In this document: positions 1-8,135 of the stretch, piece by piece
How positions within the stretch are numbered: position 1 is the first letter of the stretch
Layout: each line of letters opens with the position of its first letter
Virus record (IMG/VR): IMGVR_UViG_3300033485_000024
Coordinates: 1 to 48,299 of that record
DNA from: a virus
Lineage: Duplodnaviria; Caudoviricetes
Strand: one strand, 5' to 3'
Length of the DNA: 48,299 nt
The notes under the pieces: generated by a model
The model's input: only the letters and a program-made list of their open reading frames with translations
What the model was told of the DNA's origin: nothing
Databases searched by the model: none
Made by a program: the position numbers and the translations under genes

Positions 1-126
1 CTGACGGCAGGCAGTACACTCCCCGCCCGCCGTCAGGCCAGACCCAATGCGTCTCAAAGCGCATAGTGCGGCCGGTGACGCGCTTCAGGCACACCTCGAT
101 CTTGCCGGTCTCGGTATACCCCACCA
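1..126. repeat. Terminal direct repeat (assembly overlap of a circular genome), copy 1
   Basis: ctgacggcaggcagtacact...ataccccacca at 1-126 is identical to 48156-48281. Confidence 0.95.
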
Positions 127-193
127 CCGCGCCCGGCCACAACCCGCCCGGCGTGCGGACTATCACAGCATCGCCTTTCTGGTAGGTAGTCAT
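1..193 (-). CDS. Hypothetical protein, N-terminal part (crosses the circular junction and ends at 48109)
   Basis: ATG at 193 overlaps the stop of the upstream gene (ATGA); reads MTTYQKGDAVIVRTPGGLWPGAVVGYTETGK and joins the 48109 ORF. Confidence 0.7.
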   Translation of the reverse strand, partial: MTTYQKGDAVIVRTPGGLWPGAVVGYTETGKIEVCLKRVTGRTMRFETHWVWPDGGRGVYCLPS

Positions 194-423
194 CGCCCAA
201 GCTCGCCATTATCCGCCGCCAACAGTTTCTCGGCGGCGGTAATCGCCTCCACCGCCAGCCGCGTCTCAGGCGTCAGGCAATATTCCGGAACCAGGATATC
301 GGAGTAGCGGTTACGGAAAATCGCATACCGCACCTGGAGCAACCCCGTCGGCTGAGTCCAGCCGGCGAACCTCCCGCGCGTGCGCTTTGGCTTGCCGGTC
401 ACAAAATCTTTATACGTGTACAT
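190..423 (-). CDS. Hypothetical phage protein
   Basis: 77-aa ORF in a tightly coupled minus-strand run. Confidence 0.6.
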   Translation of the reverse strand: MYTYKDFVTGKPKRTRGRFAGWTQPTGLLQVRYAIFRNRYSDILVPEYCLTPETRLAVEAITAAEKLLAADNGELGR

Positions 424-596
424 TGCGCCTACTTAGTACGTCCTTACCCACCGCCAGAGCGGGCGGAGCAGCACCGTGAGTAGTGTCCCCCGCGCCAGTG
501 CCAGCGCGCCGATAACGGGATCGTGGGTCATCTCGGCAGCGCGCAGGTCTGCGTAGCCACTGCGCCAGATAGCGAACAGCCAAAACGGGCGCGGCG

Positions 597-806
597 TCAT
601 CGCTCCACCTCTAACCACCGTCCGTCTACGATGCTTGCAAGTGCATCGCTTACGGCTTCCGTTGTGACCACGTCACCACGTTCTGGTACAATGTTTGCTC
701 CCGCCGCTATTAGTTGCTCATCAGTTTGCGGATATTGCGCCACCACGCGGTATACTCGCGGTGTCAAAATGTCGGGTTGTTTCACGATAACGATGTATGC
801 TTTCAT
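597..806 (-). CDS. Hypothetical protein (MKAYIVIVKQ...)
   Basis: GGAGGTGAAGGA RBS and ATGA coupling with the 803..1003 ORF. Confidence 0.55.
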   Translation of the reverse strand: MKAYIVIVKQPDILTPRVYRVVAQYPQTDEQLIAAGANIVPERGDVVTTEAVSDALASIVDGRWLEVER

Positions 807-1003
807 TCCTTCACCTCCATCAATTCCAACTGTTCCCCGCCCTCGACCTGTTCCCTGACGGTGGGGAGTTCCGCCTGTACCCGTCGCCGCTGTAAGCATT
901 GCGTACCCGCTGCCAAATGCCCGCACCCGGCAGTCTTGCGCCAGGCCTGGCAGTCTCCACAGGCGGGTAGGGGCGTGCGGGCGCGGTTCGGGGTGGGTGT
1001 CAT
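803..1003 (-). CDS. Small Cys-rich hypothetical protein
   Basis: CxxC...C...C pattern; ATGA-coupled on both sides. Confidence 0.55.
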   Translation of the reverse strand: MTPTPNRARTPLPACGDCQAWRKTAGCGHLAAGTQCLQRRRVQAELPTVREQVEGGEQLELMEVKE

Positions 1004-1245
1004 TGCGCCGCCTCGTCTTTAAGCAAAGCCCTGAGCGCTTCTATGTTTGCCGCATACTCTTCGTGCGCCAGTCTAAATGCCGCATAGTCTGGGGATTCTG
1101 ATGACGTATGCTGAGTTACCAGATCGCGCAGCCGAATTACTGCTTTCGCGCAATTCTCCAAACGCTCGAAGTCTCCGAGAATGTCATAGACTATGTCCCC
1201 GCTAGTTCCGCGCGCCGCGCGGCTTTTCCACCAATTTGCGTTCAT
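1000..1245 (-). CDS. Hypothetical protein (MNANWWKS...)
   Basis: ATGA overlap at 1242-1245; helical ORF. Confidence 0.55.
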   Translation of the reverse strand: MNANWWKSRAARGTSGDIVYDILGDFERLENCAKAVIRLRDLVTQHTSSESPDYAAFRLAHEEYAANIEALRALLKDEAAQ

Positions 1246-1463
1246 TGCGCCGCCTCGTCGGTAGGGTGGGGAGCCTTGCGGATTTCCACCACCGCCTCTC
1301 CCCGCAGCCACGCCCGCGCCAACTTAAACGCCAAGTCAACCAGGCCGGTGAAGCCGGGCGAGAACGTCAAGCCCTGTTCCGTCGCCAACTGGCGAATCTC
1401 TTCAAGCGCCGCGTCGCGGGCGGAGCTTGCGGGTAAGTTATGCTGTTTTGCTGTTTTCATCAT
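1242..1463 (-). CDS. Hypothetical protein
   Basis: GGAGG RBS, ATGA-coupled. Confidence 0.55.
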   Translation of the reverse strand: MMKTAKQHNLPASSARDAALEEIRQLATEQGLTFSPGFTGLVDLAFKLARAWLRGEAVVEIRKAPHPTDEAAQ

Positions 1464-2104
1464 TCCTCCATTTCTCGGATCGCGCGCCGCAATAGTGCGG
1501 GCGCGTCATCATTGACATACGGCCTGAGGATTTCTAGTACCCACCGCCGCAACTCTGGCGCAACTTCCAGCGCCAGGTATTCCTGCCAGCACCAGTTCCG
1601 CGTTACCAGCGGCAGCCCGGCGAGTTGTAACCTGGCGAGGTCATCGCCGGCCGCCTGGCGCATAAGCTCGGACAGCAGGTCGTGGGATTGTAAATTAAGG
1701 TCAGCCCCGTACAGGTCAGCCCCGCGCAGGTTAGCCCCGTACGGGTCAGCCCTGCGCAGGTCAGCCCCGCGCAGGTCAGCCCTGTACAGGTTAGCCCAGT
1801 GCAGGTCAGCCTCGCGCAGGTCAGCCCTGTACAGGTCAGCCCCGCGCAGGTTAGCCCCGTACAGGTTAGCCCCGTACAGGTTAGCCCCGTACAGGTTAGC
1901 CCAGTGCAGGTCAGCCTCGCGCAGGTTAGCCCCGCGCAGGTTAGCCCCGCGCAAGTCAGCCCCGCGCAGGTCAGCCCTGTACAGGTTAGCCCAGTGCAGG
2001 TCAGCCTCGCGCAGGTCAGCCCAGTACAGGTTAGCCTCGCGCAGGTTTACATTCATTCCAGTTCGCGTTTTTGCGGCATTGAGCCGCTCAACATTGATTT
2101 TCAT
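1460..2104 (-). CDS. Pentapeptide repeat protein
   Basis: About 24 A(D/N)L(x)(x) pentapeptides encoded by 15-nt tandem repeats at ~1700-2047; GGAGG RBS before ATG 2104. Confidence 0.92.
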   Translation of the reverse strand: MKINVERLNAAKTRTGMNVNLREANLYWADLREADLHWANLYRADLRGADLRGANLRGANLREADLHWANLYGANLYGANLYGANLRGADLYRADLREADLHWANLYRADLRGADLRRADPYGANLRGADLYGADLNLQSHDLLSELMRQAAGDDLARLQLAGLPLVTRNWCWQEYLALEVAPELRRWVLEILRPYVNDDAPALLRRAIREMEE

Positions 2105-2357
2105 CGCCATCCTCCAAAAATGAATCAACATTTTCAATAGAACCGTAATACTGCCAGAACCACCGTCCATTTTCCAGGCGCGGAAATACTTCTGGGTCGC
2201 CCCGTAGTTCCTCCGGTGATGTGCTGCAAGCGAAATGGCCGGCTTGCACCTCATCCTCACAAGCCGCGCATCCGCACGGCGCAGACAAGACGAATGCCGT
2301 CTCCGGGTGTTCGTAGTCGTGTATAATTTCTTCAGTAACCGTATAGCCTTTATACAT
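2088..2357 (-). CDS. Acidic hypothetical protein with a CGCAAC motif
   Basis: GGAGG RBS before MYKGYTV; overlaps the next gene start. Confidence 0.55.
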   Translation of the reverse strand: MYKGYTVTEEIIHDYEHPETAFVLSAPCGCAACEDEVQAGHFACSTSPEELRGDPEVFPRLENGRWFWQYYGSIENVDSFLEDGDENQC

Positions 2358-2435
2358 TTTCTCATTCCTCCATTGCCAGCCGCAGCCCTGGCCTGTTGCG
2401 CGCGCGTCTGCGAGTGTCCGCGCCTGTGATTGATA

Positions 2436-2536
2436 CCCGCCGGGGTGGAGTCGAACCACCGTCTGCGCCGCCCAGGGCAGCAGGTGAAGGGGTGGGGCGG
2501 TAACGAACCGCCGTCAGGCCGTGAGCCTGCCATCCC
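2436..2536 (-). ncRNA. Two tandem tRNA-like (T-arm plus acceptor-like stem) elements lacking a D-arm
   Basis: GGCGG-TTCGTTA-CCGCC and GGTGG-TTCGACT-CCACC hairpins, each enclosed by an acceptor-like stem; intergenic. Confidence 0.45.
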
Positions 2537-2544
2537 GGTAGCTG

Positions 2545-2748
2545 TTATTTCTTTGATACGATTACCCAATGTTGGTTTGTATTGTCGTGAATTCCGACAA
2601 AGTCATTGATGACGTATCCAAACTTCTTTAGTTTCGTGCGTATTCCGCGCACCCAACACGGATGCAAATACACCTCGCCTGCTGAGTATGACAGGGCCTC
2701 CTCGATCATATCTATTGATTCTTGTATATAGATTTCCCGCGCTGTCAT
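2545..2748 (-). CDS. Hypothetical protein (AT-rich)
   Basis: GGGGAG RBS; first gene after the promoter at 2796-2823. Confidence 0.6.
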   Translation of the reverse strand: MTAREIYIQESIDMIEEALSYSAGEVYLHPCWVRGIRTKLKKFGYVINDFVGIHDNTNQHWVIVSKK

Positions 2749-2795
2749 TTCGTCATCTCCCCTGTATTTTTACTTTTGTTCTTAACTCTATAAAT

Positions 2796-2823
2796 ATTAT
2801 ATACCCATTATATGATTTGTCAA
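2796..2823 (-). promoter_or_regulatory. Sigma70-type promoter
   Basis: TTGACA-N16-TATAAT on the minus strand. Confidence 0.75.
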
Positions 2824-2964
2824 TAGTTTTTCGGACGAGTTTTCGACCAATTTTCAGAAATGTCCGAAAATGTCCGATAATTTAAATTGCGAGAAATGCG
2901 CGATTGTCATTTGCATATCAGCCAGTGCAATGGTAACGGGGTAGGGATGCCGGGTTGCATACGC

Positions 2965-3004
2965 AAAAACAACGGCCTGGGACGCATTCCAGGCCGTTGG
3001 TTTT
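2965..3004. terminator. Intrinsic terminator, probably bidirectional
   Basis: AAAAA-CAACGGCCTGG-gacgcatt-CCAGGCCGTTG-GTTTT just past the 3019 ORF stop. Confidence 0.75.
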
Positions 3005-3018
3005 AAGTGTTCTCTCGG

Positions 3019-3534
3019 CTATTGCCAGTCAAATTCCTGTGGGCCATTGTCCTGGGAGGTGTTCTCGATTTTATCCCTGACTTCCCCGTCCGCCAGAGTG
3101 CCCGCGCGCGCGCGCACCGAGTTCGCCAGGTTGGGGTGACGCGCGTCAGTGATCATTCGCTTGACCAGGTGATACCCGCCGACTGGCAAAAACAATGTGA
3201 CGGGAATCAGCACCACCCGCGCCCACGCCCACGCCTCGCCCTCCGGGTACAACGGCCACGCCAGGCAGAACACGCCCGCCAGCGTCATGAGCGCTGCCGC
3301 GATGCAGATAGCGATGCCCCGGATATTGCGCCGCCATGCGAAAAATACCGCACCCGGCCAGAAAAACAGCATGGCGGCAGTGGGTTGAATCAGCCAGAGA
3401 AAGCCGATAATGTCCGCCGTCATTACGCCGATAGCGAGGACAGCCACCCCGACCTGCAAGATCGGCTGTAGTACCTCGCTCTTGACAGTCTGCTTTTGGT
3501 AAGCCCCGCCGCCGCCAATGATCATCCGTTCCAT
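3019..3534 (-). CDS. Multi-pass membrane protein
   Basis: About four hydrophobic segments. Confidence 0.7.
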   Translation of the reverse strand: MERMIIGGGGAYQKQTVKSEVLQPILQVGVAVLAIGVMTADIIGFLWLIQPTAAMLFFWPGAVFFAWRRNIRGIAICIAAALMTLAGVFCLAWPLYPEGEAWAWARVVLIPVTLFLPVGGYHLVKRMITDARHPNLANSVRARAGTLADGEVRDKIENTSQDNGPQEFDWQ

Positions 3535-3597
3535 TTTTCTCCTTTTTGTCCGTCCGTCCGTTGAAAAACGCCCATAAAAATACCGCTTTTGGCGATC

Positions 3598-4896
3598 CTA
3601 TACGTCTGATTCAGCGGACGGACTACTCAGGACGGCATAAGCCGCCGCCGCCGCCGCTCCGAAAGCCCTGAGACTGGCATAATCGGCATTAGTGAAAGCC
3701 GCGCCGACAGTTGCCATTGCCGCCCGCAACGCCTCGCGGGAGGGCTTGCCCTGGGCGACCCACAGCGCCGCCGCCGCTTGTTCCGGGGTCAGGCACGGCG
3801 CGCCGGGGAGATCGTTATACTCCACCGGCCAGGCATCCAGGTCTGGCACGCCGCCCATCACGCTATCCACCAGGGATGAATCAGGATAGGCAATCAGCAC
3901 GCGCTCCATCAATCCCGGCGCGACTACATACGCATCCCCCTCGGCGGTGAGATGGTCGGCGCGTGGCTCGGTATCGCCGATGGCCGCCTCACTTTCGTGG
4001 CGGTCGCGCACCAGATGACATACGGACGCCCCGAATTGCCCGCGCGTCATTGAGACGCCGAACAACTCTTGCTTAGGGCTTTGCGTGCTGAGGATGATGT
4101 GGATATTGGCCGACCGACACTTGGAAACGACGCTAAAAAACGCCTGCGCCTGCGCCTTGTCATTAAGTAGCAGGTCTTGTGGCTCGTCCCATACCACATA
4201 CACTGGGCGCTCTTTAGCCGCCCCGCCTGTATTGCGCCGCGCCATTTCCGCCGTGACCCATCGCAGTGCCGCCACAATCTCACCATTGGTGGCGGCGTAC
4301 GGCCCGACCAGCCCGCGCAGTTGCGCCAGATGCGCCAGATCGCCCTTACCGTCGGCGATCACAAAGCGCGCGCCCGGTTCGTTGCGCGCCAGTTGCGCCA
4401 CAATGGAGGTGGCGGTCGTGGTCTTACCGCTGCCCGACATCCCCGCCAAGAGTAGGTTTTGAGTGACTTGCTGCGTGAATTTTAGCGTGACGGTCTTGCC
4501 CCGGTCGTCCGGGCCCAACACAAACGCGCCGGGCGTCTGTGGGTACTGCCCGATAGCCGATAGGTTTACCCGCTCGACTTGCAGCGCCTTCGGCCACGCC
4601 GCTTCCAGACAACACGCCCGCCCCGACATATACACGGATGGCTCGCCGTGATTTAGCCACACTTCGGGCACTACCTGCCGCGCCTTCGCTTTGCCATTGT
4701 TGCGCAAAGCTGCTAACAACTCTCCGGTTTCCATCCCGGCATCAATGCGCAACACGCCGGCGCGTGGCCCAGCAGAATAATCCGGGGCTTTAGCACGCCG
4801 GGGGCGGGGTAGGTCGCCCCGTGAAATGGCCTGCCGGACATTCTCGGCGGTCTGCCTGAGAAGATCGATCTTATCCACCAAAAGCACCCTCCCCAA
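3598..4896 (-). CDS. FtsK/SpoIIIE-family DNA translocase ATPase
   Basis: Walker A LLAGMSGSGKT, IADGKG, Walker B VVWDE, RSANIHIILSTQSP, GDAY; real start is probably the GTG of VDKIDLL. Confidence 0.88.
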   Translation of the reverse strand: MGRVLLVDKIDLLRQTAENVRQAISRGDLPRPRRAKAPDYSAGPRAGVLRIDAGMETGELLAALRNNGKAKARQVVPEVWLNHGEPSVYMSGRACCLEAAWPKALQVERVNLSAIGQYPQTPGAFVLGPDDRGKTVTLKFTQQVTQNLLLAGMSGSGKTTTATSIVAQLARNEPGARFVIADGKGDLAHLAQLRGLVGPYAATNGEIVAALRWVTAEMARRNTGGAAKERPVYVVWDEPQDLLLNDKAQAQAFFSVVSKCRSANIHIILSTQSPKQELFGVSMTRGQFGASVCHLVRDRHESEAAIGDTEPRADHLTAEGDAYVVAPGLMERVLIAYPDSSLVDSVMGGVPDLDAWPVEYNDLPGAPCLTPEQAAAALWVAQGKPSREALRAAMATVGAAFTNADYASLRAFGAAAAAAYAVLSSPSAESDV

Positions 4897-5097
4897 TCAT
4901 TGCATTCCGTCTTGCATTCGCGTGTAGCAATCTTTTTCAGTCATCATCATATTGTATGCAACGATCACAGAGTAGATTTGCCGCAGTTCACAATATCGTT
5001 TCCAGTCCGCCATGGGGGTGTAACTGAATTGCAATGCCCGCCAGACATCGTCATCGGTGCGCTCTTCCTCGTATATTTTGCGTATGCTCGTGAACAT
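4897..5097 (-). CDS. Small AT-rich hypothetical protein
   Basis: GAGG RBS; lower GC than its neighbours. Confidence 0.4.
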   Translation of the reverse strand: MFTSIRKIYEEERTDDDVWRALQFSYTPMADWKRYCELRQIYSVIVAYNMMMTEKDCYTRMQDGMQ

Positions 5098-5104
5098 TTA
5101 TCCC

Positions 5105-5305
5105 TCACATCCATTGAAATTCGCTGTCTTTGCCTTGCGGCTTGTCTGGGGTAGACGTTTCCGCAACGGGTTGCGCCGCGTCCGTTGCGCCCTCCGCAAC
5201 GGACGCCTCTTTGCCACATACCAGCGCAACCGATGTGTTGCCGATAAAGTCAAGCACTGTTGCGCCTGCCGCGCCCATCGCAATGGCTACCAGGATGCCG
5301 ATCAT
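5105..5305 (-). CDS. Small membrane-anchored protein
   Basis: Hydrophobic N-terminus; ATGA coupling. Confidence 0.55.
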   Translation of the reverse strand: MIGILVAIAMGAAGATVLDFIGNTSVALVCGKEASVAEGATDAAQPVAETSTPDKPQGKDSEFQWM

Positions 5306-5658
5306 TGCGCCCCCTCCTGGCGCAGTTGCGCGGCCAGCGCCTTAAGTTGCGCTTGTTGCCACACCAGTGCGCCCGCCAGCCCAATTACCACCAGCGCCAA
5401 CACCGCGCCGATAGTCACGAATGGCACAATGCAAGGCAATGACGAGTGTGCCGCGCGGGTATCGGCGACAACCGCCGCCGTCGCTGCATCCATCTGACGG
5501 CTGATGGCCTCATCAATTGCCCGCTGCCCTTCGGCGGCGATGGCGACGGCCTGGGCGCGGCCTTCGGATTCGACAAGCTGCGCGCAACCACGCAACCCGA
5601 AAAGCAGGCCGCCCAACAAGAGCGCGACCAATGTGCCGAAAGCTACACCTTGCTTCAT
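5302..5658 (-). CDS. Two-TM membrane protein
   Basis: Two hydrophobic helices separated by an Ala-rich coil. Confidence 0.7.
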   Translation of the reverse strand: MKQGVAFGTLVALLLGGLLFGLRGCAQLVESEGRAQAVAIAAEGQRAIDEAISRQMDAATAAVVADTRAAHSSLPCIVPFVTIGAVLALVVIGLAGALVWQQAQLKALAAQLRQEGAQ

Positions 5659-5837
5659 TGCTCCTCTCCTTGCTCATTATCTTGATTTGTCGGCTTCTCG
5701 TTCCTATCCAAATATTCTTTGATGGCGTCTTGCGCCACCCAGGAAATGGGTCGCCGATTGTCGTGAGCGAATTTTAAAAGCCGATTAGCTAATTCTTTTG
5801 GAATTGACACTGCTCTGATAACTGATTTCTCTACCAT
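5655..5837 (-). CDS. Ribbon-helix-helix (CopG/Arc-like) DNA-binding protein
   Basis: RAVSIPKELANRL...RRPISWVAQDAIKEYL pattern. Confidence 0.75.
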   Translation of the reverse strand: MVEKSVIRAVSIPKELANRLLKFAHDNRRPISWVAQDAIKEYLDRNEKPTNQDNEQGEEQ

Positions 5838-6685
5838 TCACCCTCCAATACCGTGATTTGACCATTGCGGCGGATTGCGCCCGCCGCTTCCAATTCGCCC
5901 AACAAGGCGCTTACCCGTTGCCGTGATACCCCGACCTGTTGCGCCACTGCCGTCATTGTGGCGTGCGGGTTGCGGCGATAGGCCGCCAGGATTGCGCCGC
6001 GTGTGTCGGTAGGGTGCGCCGCGTCCGCAATAGACTGCGCCTTGAGTTGCGCGTCGGCGGCGTCCAGTTGCGCATTGAGATCGCGGTTTTGCGCTTGCAG
6101 TTGCGCGGCTTGCAACTGCGCGGCTTGTAGTTGCGCCCGAAGTTGCGCCTCGTTGCTTGACAGTTGTGCGCCTTGCAATACCCGCCACGCTCCTACCCAG
6201 TCTCCCCGGTTGTATACCTCTTTCGCCAAATACCACCGCTCCATCCGGGCAGCGTACTCGGCTTTGTACAGACCGCACGCAGCGTAGGTGGCATATGCAT
6301 CGGCGCAGGCCGTGATTACCAGGACTCCCATCGCCCAAAATGCCTGCATCGGCGCAAGGGCCAAAAGCCACGCAAACACCGAAGCAACAAACGAAATCGC
6401 CACGCCGATGTAATCCAGGCGCACCGCCTTATGCTCTGCGTACCGGCGGCAAACTTCGGTGACAACTGCCAGAGTCCCGCCGTTGCAACCGAGGGCGAGC
6501 AATACCGCGCCCCAACGTACCGCATAATCTACCCAGGCCGCCGGTAGAACGCCGCCATTGGTGACGGCGAAGCCCTGCGCCCCGAACATCACCGTGCCCG
6601 CCATTGCGAAGACCGACCAAATACGCAGGCCGAAATAGGTGGGATCGCGCCATAGTGGAGCAGGCGGATTAGTAAATTTGTTCAT
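5831..6685 (-). CDS. Membrane protein with coiled coil and C-terminal winged HTH (Spd/DUF2637-like architecture)
   Basis: About four TM segments, AQL-rich coiled coil, TMTAVAQQVGVSRQRVSALLGELEAAGAIRR. Confidence 0.75.
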   Translation of the reverse strand: MNKFTNPPAPLWRDPTYFGLRIWSVFAMAGTVMFGAQGFAVTNGGVLPAAWVDYAVRWGAVLLALGCNGGTLAVVTEVCRRYAEHKAVRLDYIGVAISFVASVFAWLLALAPMQAFWAMGVLVITACADAYATYAACGLYKAEYAARMERWYLAKEVYNRGDWVGAWRVLQGAQLSSNEAQLRAQLQAAQLQAAQLQAQNRDLNAQLDAADAQLKAQSIADAAHPTDTRGAILAAYRRNPHATMTAVAQQVGVSRQRVSALLGELEAAGAIRRNGQITVLEGEW

Positions 6686-6896
6686 CGTCTTCCCCCTGCA
6701 AAATTGCGACCGCCACGTTTATGAGCAGTTGCGCCAGTTCCCGCAACTGCCCCGCCAACGGTTCGTCCTCAAGTTGCGCCAGCGTAATAGCCTGGCGCGC
6801 CTTGTGGGTTAGTTCCGCCGCGCGTTCCTGGCGGGTGGCCGGCCCGCCGGTGTCCGCGCCATTACCCGTTTTGCTTTTCTCGACCTGTGGATTCAT
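6669..6896 (-). CDS. Hypothetical protein
   Basis: GGAGGTG RBS; first gene of the FtsK operon. Confidence 0.55.
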   Translation of the reverse strand: MNPQVEKSKTGNGADTGGPATRQERAAELTHKARQAITLAQLEDEPLAGQLRELAQLLINVAVAILQGEDDEQIY

Positions 6897-7030
6897 TTGC
6901 CATTCACCTCCTTGATTTTACATAAGCCGCGCCGAATTGACGCGGAATCTTGCTTGCAAGCGTACCACCGGCGGCGCGGCGCGGCGAGTGTCGAATGTCA
7001 CGGTTGCGGCGTCGAATGTCATATTGAGTA

Positions 7031-7058
7031 TTGACGGCGCGGGAATTGCGGCTATACT
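7031..7058 (+). promoter_or_regulatory. Sigma70-type promoter
   Basis: TTGACG-N16-TATACT. Confidence 0.55.
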
Positions 7059-7097
7059 GAGGATAGTCGCCGTTGCGGGCGCATTTCGTGCAAAATT

Positions 7098-7179
7098 AAA
7101 ACCGCTTTCCGAGTGCTATGTATCCGAGCCTTTCACGAGGCAACCGCAACCGGGTATATAGCACTCGCAAGGCGGTTTT
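7098..7179 (+). promoter_or_regulatory. Long leader RNA hairpin
   Basis: AAAACCGC...GAGTGCTATGTATCCG pairs with CGGGTATATAGCACTC...GCGGTTTT, with G-U wobbles on the + strand; immediately before an RBS. Confidence 0.6.
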
Positions 7180-7197
7180 CGTTAGGGAGGAAAAATT

Positions 7198-7409
7198 ATG
7201 GCTGGCTTAACCGTTAAACACCGTATCCGCACTGACAAGGGCTTTGAGGTGGTAGAACTAACGCCCCTCAAGGCCATCCGCCGTCGCTGTCTGGATTGTT
7301 GCAACTGGCAATCAAACGAGGTCTTGTGTGCACCGTCAAGACTTGTCCGCTGTATCCCTATCGGCGCGGCGGCGGGGAACACCCGCAAGCCGAGGCGCTT
7401 TCCGAGTAG
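7198..7409 (+). pseudogene. Cys-rich phage protein (TPLKAIR..CLDC..CPLYPYR type) with an apparent frameshift
   Basis: The motif continuation CTVKTCPLYPYRRG lies in another frame from 7329, with a stop at 7407-7409. Confidence 0.6.
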
Positions 7410-7497
7410 GTATAAAATGACCTGTAATATAAATTCGTGGCTGGATATGCGTCCCAGTGACACGATCCGACCGTAGCGGGTATTCTGGTGGTGTATT

Positions 7498-7815
7498 ATG
7501 CTCTTAAATCTTGAATTTCAATTAAACGCGCAGATTGACGATCTAAAGCGCATCATAGATGATATGCCGCCGTGGGAGTCAATGGATGGCAATACTGTTC
7601 CGGAGTACACTTATAATGATTTTGGACACCCGGAAAACTTGTATGTCTATTTTACCGACGTGCATCTTTTCGAGAGTTGCGGCGGATTTAAAGCCCTGCG
7701 CAATCCCAAAGGATGTTGGTTGACAGTGTGGGGCTACGACCAGCAAGCCGTGAGTATGTGGGGTATGTTGCGGGAACAGATAGAGGGCGAGTATTTTGAA
7801 CTGACGCAATATTGA
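7498..7815 (+). CDS. Hypothetical protein (AT-rich)
   Basis: 105-aa ORF. Confidence 0.55.
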   Translation: MLLNLEFQLNAQIDDLKRIIDDMPPWESMDGNTVPEYTYNDFGHPENLYVYFTDVHLFESCGGFKALRNPKGCWLTVWGYDQQAVSMWGMLREQIEGEYFELTQY

Positions 7816-7840
7816 CACGCGCCAAAATTGCCCTTACAAT
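7812..7840 (+). promoter_or_regulatory. Sigma70-type promoter
   Basis: TTGACA-N17-TACAAT upstream of the holin-like gene. Confidence 0.65.
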
Positions 7841-7939
7841 GAACTTAGGGGTACATTGTGATATCCTCCTCTGTCGCGGAAACGCGCACCCCGGCGCTGT
7901 CGGGATGATATCGCCGGGGCATTTTTGAAATTGTGAGGT

Positions 7940-8131
7940 GTGACGATGAAATGGTATTTGTCGAAAACTGTCTGGCTCGGAGTTCTTGAATTCTTGATCG
8001 GCGTCGCGGGGCTGTTGGTGACGTTCTTTGAGGCCGGCGACTTTACCGCCGCCGCCATCACCGCCCTCGTGATGGGCGCGCTGACGGTGCTGTTCCGCGT
8101 CCTGTCTACCGGCGAAAAGCTGACACGGTAG
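7940..8131 (+). CDS. Holin-like two-TM protein
   Basis: KWYLSKTVW N-terminus, two TM segments, basic C-terminus; GAGGTG RBS. Confidence 0.6.
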   Translation: MTMKWYLSKTVWLGVLEFLIGVAGLLVTFFEAGDFTAAAITALVMGALTVLFRVLSTGEKLTR

Positions 8132-8135
8132 CACA

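Noticed and set aside
1700-2047. Possible CRISPR array
   Set aside because: Contiguous coding tandem repeats with no unique spacers and no cas genes.
1440-2140. Plus-strand repetitive ORFs (SAPRR / QVSP repeats)
   Set aside because: Antisense shadows of the pentapeptide gene's 15-nt repeats.
2105-2569. N-terminal extension of the 369-aa pentapeptide ORF
   Set aside because: It overlaps another gene and the tRNA-like elements; the RBS supports a start at 2104.
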